A model generated the notes under the pieces. The model did not search any database. It was not told where the DNA came from and worked only from the letters and a program-made list of their open reading frames with translations. Made by a program: the position numbers and the translations under genes. From Candidatus Heimdallarchaeota archaeon (GTDB taxonomy: Archaea; Asgardarchaeota; Heimdallarchaeia; JABLTI01), in the NCBI GenBank assembly GCA_030614005.1, contig JAUWKS010000001.1, positions 120,001-152,000 of the forward strand: 32,000 nucleotides of DNA, given 5' to 3'. Of this stretch, positions 20,769-29,113 are shown piece after piece. Each line of letters starts with the position of its first letter. The stretch's first letter is position 1.

Positions 20769-21941
20769 ATGACTGAAGGAATCAAATCCATAGAACCAGG
20801 TAAAGAAGTAGAATTAGATACTGTAAAAGGTAATCTACAAGTTGGCGATGGTGCAACTTTAGTTGCATCAAAAAATACTATTGTTGTTACAGGAAACATT
20901 GTTGCTAAAGGAAGCTTTCTTGTTGAAGGGTCTCTAGAAGCAGTTAGCATTAGATGTAAAAGAGGTTCTTTAGAAGTTGAAGGTGACCTCAAAGTTTCTA
21001 AGTATTTGTCTATCGATAAGCGTTTAGTAGTATCTGGAAATATCACTGCGCCTGAAATAAATGTAGGTGGAAGTTTAAACGCTCACAAGGATATTCAATG
21101 TGCTGAAGTTTCAGTAGGTGGTTCAATAACCATTGGAGGCAATGCTGCAATTGAAACAGCAGGTGCTGGTGGAACCATTAAAATTGCAGGCAGTAGCAAC
21201 ATCGGATCGATTAAAGTTGGTGGAAGCGTAACTCTTGAAGGAACAACTGAACTCGATAGCTTACGAGTTGGTGGAACTGGTAGAGTTAGTGGTGGCAAAA
21301 TCGGGAAAGTCCGAATTGGTGGTTCATTCAAAGCATCTGAACCAATTGAAGTTGAATCAATTGATGTAGGTGGCACAACTAAATTAGAAAGTGATGCTAA
21401 AGTTGGTGTAGTAAGTGTTGGTGGTACCTTTAAAACAGGCGCAAACCTCGAATTTGACACTATCAACGTAGGTGGAACTGTCTCAATTGGAGGAGATGCC
21501 ACTGGAAAGAATCTATCTGTTGGTGGAGCTTTGAGCGCATCCGGAAACATGAAAGTAGAAGGCAAAGTTTCTGTTGGTGGCACAATTAAAATTGAAGGTA
21601 CTATTTTTGCAGATGAAATCTCTGTTGGAGGAACATTCCGCTCACAATTCGCTAAAGCCAAATATTTCAAAATTGGTCGAAGAGGTGATGTCTATGGACC
21701 GGTACAAGCTGATAAATTGATTATCTCTGAAAGATCAAATGCAGAAGATCTCTTTGGTGGAGAAATAATCATTGAGGAACGAGCAAGAGTAAGAAATGTA
21801 TACGGCGAATCAATCTTCATTGAAAATAAAGCAAGAATTTCTGGCGATGTTGAGTATACTGATGATCTTTCTGTAGAAAGTGGAGCAGAACTCAAGAGAG
21901 AACCAAAGAAAGTCAAATCAATTAACTATCCAGATTATTAG
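20769..21941 (+). CDS. Polymer-forming cytoskeletal (bactofilin/YhbE-like) beta-helix protein
   Basis: Twelve consecutive 16-18 aa windings carrying a (V/I/A)GG(S/T/A) motif, plus flanking windings. C-terminal VYGESIFIE...GDVEY..L.VE. The GTG at 20760 lies within the SD, so ATG 20769 is preferred. Confidence 0.8.
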   Translation: MTEGIKSIEPGKEVELDTVKGNLQVGDGATLVASKNTIVVTGNIVAKGSFLVEGSLEAVSIRCKRGSLEVEGDLKVSKYLSIDKRLVVSGNITAPEINVGGSLNAHKDIQCAEVSVGGSITIGGNAAIETAGAGGTIKIAGSSNIGSIKVGGSVTLEGTTELDSLRVGGTGRVSGGKIGKVRIGGSFKASEPIEVESIDVGGTTKLESDAKVGVVSVGGTFKTGANLEFDTINVGGTVSIGGDATGKNLSVGGALSASGNMKVEGKVSVGGTIKIEGTIFADEISVGGTFRSQFAKAKYFKIGRRGDVYGPVQADKLIISERSNAEDLFGGEIIIEERARVRNVYGESIFIENKARISGDVEYTDDLSVESGAELKREPKKVKSINYPDY

Positions 21942-21958
21942 TCTAGATCCTTTTGGTT

Positions 21959-22420
21959 TCAGCAGATAATGTTGAAGCCAAAACTATTTTTTTTAATCAT
22001 CGGGATTAATTTTTTTGCATAATAGATTATACCTTCAATGTGATTGTATCCAATATTCTCAAAGAGTTTTACTGAGGCGATATTACTACTTTCAATTAAA
22101 GCAGAAAAAACAGTAATGCCTTCTTCTTTCAAAGATTCTTCTGATGCAATTAAAAGCTTCTTTGCAATTCCTTTTCTCCTTAGCTGGGAATTGACTGCCA
22201 TTCTATTTATCCAACCTTTTCGCGAATCATTGGTAACAATAACTGCGCCAACAATTTCTCCAGAAGTATCCTCAGCAACGAGAATCCACATATTGGATTG
22301 CTGCATTTGTTTCTCAAGGTTTTCGGGTTTATCACGTCCATTTGGTTTCATTGGTAAATCCGTTTTTCCCCATAAAGAAATTAAAGAAGGAATATCATCT
22401 TTAGTTGCTCTTCTAATCAT
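21959..22420 (-). CDS. GNAT family N-acetyltransferase
   Basis: MIRRATKDD, RKGWINRMAVNSQLRRKGIAKKL and NIASVKLFENIGY. Confidence 0.9.
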   Translation of the reverse strand: MIRRATKDDIPSLISLWGKTDLPMKPNGRDKPENLEKQMQQSNMWILVAEDTSGEIVGAVIVTNDSRKGWINRMAVNSQLRRKGIAKKLLIASEESLKEEGITVFSALIESSNIASVKLFENIGYNHIEGIIYYAKKLIPMIKKNSFGFNIIC

Positions 22421-22462
22421 AGTACTTTGTTAGAAGATAATTTCAATAAATAAAATTCACTA

Positions 22463-24589
22463 TTACTTTATATTCATTTGAGTTAGAAGATCTTTAATCT
22501 TGTCTTCTAATTGTGTAGTGAACTCAGAAATAACAATTGGCACTTCCGCCACACGTTCAGCAATTACATTTGCCCATAATCTGATTTCAGCTGTCGCTTC
22601 TGTTGCGATAACTGCTACTAAACCATTTTTGATTGGTTGAACAACAATCCAGAACTCATCATAGAGAACTTCTCGCAGTCGCCCTTTGTCTCGTCCTTCA
22701 ATTATACTCTCAGAAAGATGATTGATAGCAGTAAGTAGTCCTGAGAGAATTAGTTGATTTGTTTTCACACTATCTCGAAGTTTTGAGAGTATTGGCACTC
22801 CACTTTCTGATATAATTAGTAATCCAATAATTTCCGAATCAATTTGTTTCCGGTCCATTAATTTGAAAGATAGAATTGACTTTAGCTGTGGAGATACATA
22901 TTTAAAAATACTATTTGTATCAAGAACCAATTGACCTTCGTCTTTTGCCTTATTGATTCCTTGTTCAATATTAGTTAGGTCTTGCTTCCAGACATCATAA
23001 TCAATCTCATTCATTATTTCTTTCGCTTGATCCAAGTCCTCTTGTGCTTTCTCGTAGAGACCTTTTGCTGCACATAAGATACTACTAATAGTAAGGCCCA
23101 TAGCTAAAATTTGATTATGTTGATTTTCTTGTGCAAATTTAATGGCTATTTCTATGTGATTTAGTGCCATATTCAATGTTGTTGTTTCTGTTTTTAAACG
23201 ATATTTCTGAAGATAGACTGCAGTAAGCTGAATATTGCTCGAGAGGATTAAACCATACTCCTTAGATTGGTTTGCCAATTCTAATGCTTGATGAAAATGC
23301 CTAATTGCATTTGAGAAATTTAGATCAAGCAACTCGGAATATCCTAGGAGGTAAGTTAATTGAGCATTTACTGAAAGAATCTCAAGCTCTTTTGCTAGAG
23401 ATTGTAATTCACCGAGATATTGTTGAGCTTTGTCAGTTTGTTCAGATCGCAGATAAAAATGTATTAACTCAAACATTATGAATGCTTTAAACATAGATTT
23501 TTCTTTTCGCTGAATTTCATAGGCATGAAGAAAAGACTCCTCTGCTCGGGAGTCACCAACGACATAGTAGATATTACCCATCTCTGTTAAATAGAGATAT
23601 GGCCATTCGCCAGTTGATTCCTTATAGAGTGCGATTGCGCGTTCCATCATTTCTTTAGCTTTCATAATTTGCCCGGTTTCAAAATAAACTTCGGCAAGAT
23701 TGCCTATTGCAATTGAAAGGCGATAATTATCATGAACATTATCGTATTCGTTCATTAAATCTTCAAAACATTTTATTCCTTCTTCATTTTTACCAAAATA
23801 AGATACAATTGCACCTTTCAAATTTAGAAAATCAGTGTACGATTGGTAGATTCTATTTTTTAGTACATACGGTTCAACAAAATTCATCATTTCTTCGATA
23901 TTTGCTTCAACACCTGAGTGGAGCATCCACCAAATGCAATTTGTGGAGGCATCCTCTAATCCACGACTTTCTATTAAGTTATCAACTTGTGGTAAGCGTG
24001 CATTGATGTACTTGTATCCTTCTTTGAGAACTGCTATATTTCCTTGTTGACCATAAACCCAAGTACGAAGAGCAACCACATAAGCTTTCATTTCTAATGT
24101 AAAATCATTTCTTTTCTCAACAACTTGTGCAAGCTGATCCACAGTCTCTCGAGTCTCTTTATAGTTCGTTGGATTTTCATTGAAATAAGTAAGAAACATA
24201 TCTATGTAAGGATGATCAATTTGTTTTAGCAGTACCTTATATTTGTCTGTTGCTTTCATTTTTTGAGTTAAATAACAACTCAGCGAAGCAATTTGAAATG
24301 CTATCTGTTTTGTAGCAATCAATTCAGATTCGATAAAAGTAGTTTTCTCTTTAGATTTCTTCTTTCCCTTAATCCTTGAAAAGAGTCCTTTACCAGAAAC
24401 ATCTATTTTCATTGTAAGAAGTTTCTCTAGTTCTTGCAGTTCTTTTAATACTTCTTCTAAAACAACAATGGTACCTTTTTGTAAACGGTCGTTTGGATTT
24501 TGATCAGTCTGATGCAAAATAGCAGCTCTTAATCTATCTCTCGTATCCATCGGCAAACGATTTATGAAAGTCTCAAAGAGCTTCTTCAT
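22463..24589 (-). CDS. TPR-repeat protein with a C-terminal longin/roadblock-like domain
   Basis: TPR-type helices (GNLAEVYFETGQIMKAKEMMERAI; LGYSELLDLNFSNAIRHFHQAL). The last 125 aa (22463-22840) show the LLII.ESGVPI...LSGLLTAI...LREV pattern of Asgard longin-like domains. Confidence 0.75.
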   Translation of the reverse strand: MKKLFETFINRLPMDTRDRLRAAILHQTDQNPNDRLQKGTIVVLEEVLKELQELEKLLTMKIDVSGKGLFSRIKGKKKSKEKTTFIESELIATKQIAFQIASLSCYLTQKMKATDKYKVLLKQIDHPYIDMFLTYFNENPTNYKETRETVDQLAQVVEKRNDFTLEMKAYVVALRTWVYGQQGNIAVLKEGYKYINARLPQVDNLIESRGLEDASTNCIWWMLHSGVEANIEEMMNFVEPYVLKNRIYQSYTDFLNLKGAIVSYFGKNEEGIKCFEDLMNEYDNVHDNYRLSIAIGNLAEVYFETGQIMKAKEMMERAIALYKESTGEWPYLYLTEMGNIYYVVGDSRAEESFLHAYEIQRKEKSMFKAFIMFELIHFYLRSEQTDKAQQYLGELQSLAKELEILSVNAQLTYLLGYSELLDLNFSNAIRHFHQALELANQSKEYGLILSSNIQLTAVYLQKYRLKTETTTLNMALNHIEIAIKFAQENQHNQILAMGLTISSILCAAKGLYEKAQEDLDQAKEIMNEIDYDVWKQDLTNIEQGINKAKDEGQLVLDTNSIFKYVSPQLKSILSFKLMDRKQIDSEIIGLLIISESGVPILSKLRDSVKTNQLILSGLLTAINHLSESIIEGRDKGRLREVLYDEFWIVVQPIKNGLVAVIATEATAEIRLWANVIAERVAEVPIVISEFTTQLEDKIKDLLTQMNIK

Positions 24590-24767
24590 TGCAAGAGTTC
24601 TTAGTTATTCGCTATTATATTACTTTTTAAGTATGCATATAATGAAAATAGTGATAATTTTTTCATTATTGTATCAAAGGACAATTTATAAAAATTTCTT
24701 GAATATTCAATAGATTTTTAAAATGTTCTTCATTGTAGAAGTACAGAAATAAATAGGTGTGTATTCA

Positions 24768-25895
24768 TTGAAACTAGACATTGAAACAATTGAGAAATGG
24801 ACAAACGCTTTTGGTCCATCGGGTTTTGAGCAAGAGATTGCTAAAATGGTTAAAAAGTACATTAGCCCATTTGCAGATGAAGTTATTCAAGATCGAACAG
24901 GTTCAGTTATTTTCAAGAAAGGAGATAAAGGACCAAAAATTATGCTTGCAGGACATATCGATGAAATTGGTTTCATTGTTGCAGGTATAAGCAAAGATGG
25001 TTTTATAGCCTTCAATCCATTGGGTGGCTGGTGGGATCAAGTTTTACTTAGTCAAAGAGTTATTATTAGAGTAAGAGATGGAACAAAAATCAAAGGTATC
25101 ATTTGCTCTAAACCACCCCATATTCTGAAACCAGAAGAGAGAAACAAAGTAGTTGCTAAAGATGATATGTTCATCGATGTTGGTTGTAAGAGTAAGAAAG
25201 AGGTCGAATTACTAGGAATACAAATTGGCGATCCTATGATTCCAGACAGTCTTTTTGAGTTAATCAAAAGAACACAATTTATCAAAAACGAAAAGACAGG
25301 AGAAGAAGAAGAAAAGAAAGTCAATTTAGCAATTGCTAAAGCGTTTGATGATCGTATTGGAGTAATAATTATTGCTGAAGTTTTTAAAAGACTAAAAGAA
25401 GAAAAGATTACTCACCCAAATCAATTATATGGTGTTGCTACAACCCAAGAAGAAGTTGGCCTTCGTGGTGCTCGAACTTCAGCTCAATTAATCCAACCTG
25501 ATATCGGTTTTGCATTAGATGTTGATATTTCTGGTGATGTCCCAGGAGTAAACAAAATGCGTGTCCCGGCTGAAATGTCGAAAGGACCTTCTATTCTAAC
25601 TGCAGATGGTTCAATGCTCCCTAATCCACGCTTAAAACATTTTGTTCTAGATATTGCCAAGAAACATGGCATTGATACTCAATTGTCAATTATAGTAAGA
25701 GGAGGAACAGATGCGGGAGCAATCCACCTTACTGGTGTTGGAGCTCCAAGTTTAGCAATCTGTATTCCAACAAGACATATTCATTCTCATAGTGGTATTT
25801 TGGATCTCGCAGACGTAGAGAAATGTATTGTGCTTCTTATAGAAGTAATTAAAAAATTAGATCAAAAAACAATTGATTCTTTTACTAAAATCTAA
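24768..25895 (+). CDS. M42 family metallo-aminopeptidase (TET/FrvX-like)
   Basis: AGHIDEIG, KAFDDRIG, TQEEVGLRGA, LDVD, GGTDAG and RHIHS metal-ligand motifs. The ORF is open from GTG 24759 (inside the SD), so TTG 24768 is preferred. Confidence 0.93.
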   Translation: MKLDIETIEKWTNAFGPSGFEQEIAKMVKKYISPFADEVIQDRTGSVIFKKGDKGPKIMLAGHIDEIGFIVAGISKDGFIAFNPLGGWWDQVLLSQRVIIRVRDGTKIKGIICSKPPHILKPEERNKVVAKDDMFIDVGCKSKKEVELLGIQIGDPMIPDSLFELIKRTQFIKNEKTGEEEEKKVNLAIAKAFDDRIGVIIIAEVFKRLKEEKITHPNQLYGVATTQEEVGLRGARTSAQLIQPDIGFALDVDISGDVPGVNKMRVPAEMSKGPSILTADGSMLPNPRLKHFVLDIAKKHGIDTQLSIIVRGGTDAGAIHLTGVGAPSLAICIPTRHIHSHSGILDLADVEKCIVLLIEVIKKLDQKTIDSFTKI

Positions 25896-25908
25896 TTTTA
25901 TTAACTTT

Positions 25909-25943
25909 TAAGATGGTTGTAACCATCTTACTTTCCATTTTTT
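25909..25943 (+). terminator. Putative terminator after the M42 peptidase
   Basis: TAAGATGGT-TGTA-ACCATCTTA stem, then CTTCCA and T7. Confidence 0.55.
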
Positions 25944-26000
25944 GCCAATTCATTAAACTAAACCAAAACATTAAAAATTGATTGAATGTTTAACTGAATC

Positions 26001-27398
26001 ATGCCGGAGGACAGTTCCAATCCTAAGAAAGAGAAATTTTACTCGAGATTAAATGGTAGTGGAACGCATAAAGGGATTTTAATCAATATACTGATAGTTA
26101 ATTTCTTTTACAGAATCTTCGGGGAAGGGTTCCGAGTTTTATTGATACCTTTTGCAGAAGATATAATGGACTGGTCTGATTATGAATACGGATTGATCCT
26201 TGCTATTGGAGGATATGCAGCAATGGCTGTTGTATTTCTCTTAGGTATCGTCGTAGATATACAATTTAAGCGAACAACTATGGTCATTGGATTAATTTGC
26301 ACAATTGCTTCTGCAGTTGTTTTTACTCGAGTCTCACTTTTAGCTTTGTCAATTGTTTTCTATGCACTCTTTGCAATTGGGCAGCAATTGATGATGATTT
26401 CTACGAATACGTTCATAGCAAATGAAACTAAAAAAGGACAAGATCGTACAAGAGGTTTTACTGCCAATCAAACAACACGTGGAGTAGCTAATGCTATAGC
26501 TCCCCTTATTTCTATGTACATGTTAACGATCCCAGGAATAAATTTTGATTGGGCATTTACAATAATGGCTGGATTTGCAGTTGTAGCTTTAATACTAATT
26601 TTCACTTTGAAATTAGTTGTAGAAGATAGCCCAAAAGCTGAAATCGAATATGCTGAAAAACTATCTGAAGACAGTCAAGATGAATTCACTCAATTTTCGG
26701 ATAAAAAAGAAGATAAAAAGTCTATCTTAGGTGTGCAAGTTAGTTTTGGTCTCGGGAGAATGCTCATGGGTTTTACAAGTGGTATTGCAATACCATTTGT
26801 TGGGTGGTATATTTATGAAAGATTTTTGTCCGGTGTTTACGTCAATGCAACAGAAATGTGGGGTTGGTTAAATTGTATCTTTTGGATCGTTCTTACTTTC
26901 GGATATGTTCTAATGGGGTTATTCGCAGAAAAAATAGGTAAAGAAATTATTATTGTTATATCTTGGGCATTAGTTATTCCTGCTGCAGTAGGTATTATGT
27001 TAGCTAATACTTTCTACGTTGCAGCAGCATTCTATATCATACGAGCATTTTTTGCTATGTGTCCAAGTGCTGCATGGAACAGTTTCATGTATGAATGGAT
27101 TGCACCGAAACATCGAGGTAAAACTTTGGGTCTATTACAAACAGGTCAACGTGGTATGCGTGCAACTGGAACTCTCATAGGAGGATTAGCATTCGCGTCT
27201 TTAGGAACCATTCTCTTTCCAATTGCTATGACTGCCTATCCTATTGCCGGATTAATACCATTGATTCAAAGTAAAATTGTAAAGAAAAGGTTAGCAAAAC
27301 AAAAAGAATTTGATAAAGCAACAAGTGAAGAAGAGGAAAATGTAGTTGAAGAGGATTCATTTAGGGTAAATAATTTAGATCCTTTACTTCACAATTAA
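26001..27398 (+). CDS. MFS transporter
   Basis: About 12 TM segments in two halves, motif-A-like GLFAEKIGKE, and WIAPKHRGKTLG. Confidence 0.85.
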   Translation: MPEDSSNPKKEKFYSRLNGSGTHKGILINILIVNFFYRIFGEGFRVLLIPFAEDIMDWSDYEYGLILAIGGYAAMAVVFLLGIVVDIQFKRTTMVIGLICTIASAVVFTRVSLLALSIVFYALFAIGQQLMMISTNTFIANETKKGQDRTRGFTANQTTRGVANAIAPLISMYMLTIPGINFDWAFTIMAGFAVVALILIFTLKLVVEDSPKAEIEYAEKLSEDSQDEFTQFSDKKEDKKSILGVQVSFGLGRMLMGFTSGIAIPFVGWYIYERFLSGVYVNATEMWGWLNCIFWIVLTFGYVLMGLFAEKIGKEIIIVISWALVIPAAVGIMLANTFYVAAAFYIIRAFFAMCPSAAWNSFMYEWIAPKHRGKTLGLLQTGQRGMRATGTLIGGLAFASLGTILFPIAMTAYPIAGLIPLIQSKIVKKRLAKQKEFDKATSEEEENVVEEDSFRVNNLDPLLHN

Positions 27399-27527
27399 TT
27401 AACTGCTCTGAGTTTCTTCCACAGATTTGGGTTCAATGATCCTTTGAATATTATTTACTTTACAAACTATTTTATAACACAGTATTATATTGTTATTATA
27501 GACAATAAATTCCGAGTGGAAGAATTA

Positions 27528-27857
27528 ATGACAGAATTAAAAGTCGAAGAAATCAAAGAAGGCTCAGGTCCAACTCCTAAAAAAGGAGATAAGATCTCAG
27601 TCCATTACACAGGCTGGTTAACGAACGGTAAGAAATTTGATAGCTCCGTTGACCGAAAAGAACCTCTAGAATTTCAAATTGGTGTGGGTCAAGTAATTAA
27701 GGGATGGGACCAAGGAGTCATCACCATGAAAGTTGGTGGCAAAAGAAAATTAACTATTCCACCTCATTTAGCTTACGGAAACAAAAATATAGGGAATGGA
27801 CTAATTCCTCCAAACTCGACGCTCATCTTTGAAGTTGAATTATTGAAAGTCAAATAG
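27528..27857 (+). CDS. FKBP-type peptidyl-prolyl cis-trans isomerase
   Basis: [45 protein letters not shown] and [14 protein letters not shown]. The real start is ATG 27528; the track's 27444 extension is non-homologous AT-rich sequence. Confidence 0.96.
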   Translation: MTELKVEEIKEGSGPTPKKGDKISVHYTGWLTNGKKFDSSVDRKEPLEFQIGVGQVIKGWDQGVITMKVGGKRKLTIPPHLAYGNKNIGNGLIPPNSTLIFEVELLKVK

Positions 27858-28025
27858 TTCAATTTCCAAGACAAATCTCTTTTTTTTAACTAAACTAAAT
27901 GATACTAATTTAGTATTATTTTTTTAAGACCTCAATGTATTTACGTCAAAAAAACGTTTTTCTTTTACGGATTGACGACCGTATAATATCAAGACATTAA
28001 TATACTAAGAAAGCGTATAAACTAT

Positions 28026-28111
28026 TAGCGTGAAAAATGCCATTATCACGCTATTTGAAAAATGACTATCTCCTGTTTGCGTGGGGTGACTCTACTGAGC
28101 GCTTCCACGCA
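28026..28111. other. GC-rich intergenic double-hairpin element (candidate ncRNA or operator pair)
   Basis: TAGCGTGA-N12-TCACGCTA (28026-28053) and TGCGTGG...CCACGCA (28078-28111, 21 of 34 nt G+C). Confidence 0.4.
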
Positions 28112-28300
28112 CGTATTACTTCTTAAATACTAATTTCTCCTTATCTAAAGGATACGTTGGACTTATCAAAAGATGCATCTCTTATCATACAGTTGTAACA
28201 TGGAATCACAGATTATTTTTAGAATCAAAAATAGAAATCTTTGCACAAATTAAAAAAGCACTAAAAGTGTAGAGAATTCGATTTAAAGCTTGAAAGTGAT

Positions 28301-29047
28301 TTGCCTGTGTATATCGATACAAAAACCAAAAAAGCATTTTTACTAACAACATTTATCGGCAGCCTTCTATTCTTAATATTGACAATCATTGCAATGATAG
28401 TCTATCCGGGAGGAACTTTTAATGATCCTACAGCTACCAGCTATAATTTTCTAGAGAACTACTTTAGCGATCTTGGAAGAGCACAAACCTTTCTAGGTGA
28501 CTCAAATATTGTCTCGAGAATATTATTCACTTGTGCTTTAACAACAGTTGCAGTATCTTTAATGTTTTATTTTATTACTTTACCTTCTTTCTTCAAAGAA
28601 AATAAAGTTGCAAAATGGTTCATTATAATTGGGTCAATAAATGGTTTTTTAGCAGCAATTGCTTATGCGTTAATTGGTTTTTTACCGTATGACCTATATG
28701 GTAAACTTCATACAAATATGGTTTATGTTGCGTTCTCAGCATCAATTTTAACATTGATTGTATACATCGTTGGTATTTTTCTTGAAAAAAGTTATCCCAA
28801 TGCTTACGCTTGGGCATATGTAATTTTCACACTGGCCCTAGCAAGTTATTTGTACATATTATACGCAGGACCTAGCTCAGGTACTGATCTTGGTAGATTA
28901 ATTCAAGTTGTTGGACAAAAAGTAATCGTTTATACTGAAATAATTTCCTTTGCTATACAAGGGTTAGGTGCATGGTTTCTCCTCAGAAAATCAAAAACAC
29001 CAGTAATCAATGGTGAACTACTTAAGGTGGAAATTACGAAAGAATAA
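28301..29047 (+). CDS. Membrane protein, DUF998-like
   Basis: YPGG...YNFLENYFSDLG motif and about 6 TM segments. TTG start. Confidence 0.7.
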   Translation: MPVYIDTKTKKAFLLTTFIGSLLFLILTIIAMIVYPGGTFNDPTATSYNFLENYFSDLGRAQTFLGDSNIVSRILFTCALTTVAVSLMFYFITLPSFFKENKVAKWFIIIGSINGFLAAIAYALIGFLPYDLYGKLHTNMVYVAFSASILTLIVYIVGIFLEKSYPNAYAWAYVIFTLALASYLYILYAGPSSGTDLGRLIQVVGQKVIVYTEIISFAIQGLGAWFLLRKSKTPVINGELLKVEITKE

Positions 29048-29113
29048 ATATATACAAACATTTAAGTTTTGAAACCAATCATCAAAAACAATTGGAATAA
29101 TAGAGGTCTACGC

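Noticed and set aside
20717-22433. Long antisense ORFs over the bactofilin-like gene (20717-21046, 21095-21670, 21692-21916) and over the GNAT (22044-22433)
   Set aside because: They mirror the Gly/Val-rich repeats (GGT GGA read as PPT on the other strand), which are depleted of antisense stops. They are not independent genes.
27965-27987. TTGACG...TATAAT resembling a sigma70 promoter
   Set aside because: The spacer is only 4 nt, and the context is archaeal.
28010-28115. Fluoride-riboswitch-like words (GGAGAT...AAATAGC...GCTAAT) and a tRNA D-arm-like GCTCAGTAGAG on the minus strand
   Set aside because: The pseudoknot partner for the riboswitch is missing and no fluoride exporter follows. 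There is no cloverleaf, T-arm or acceptor stem.
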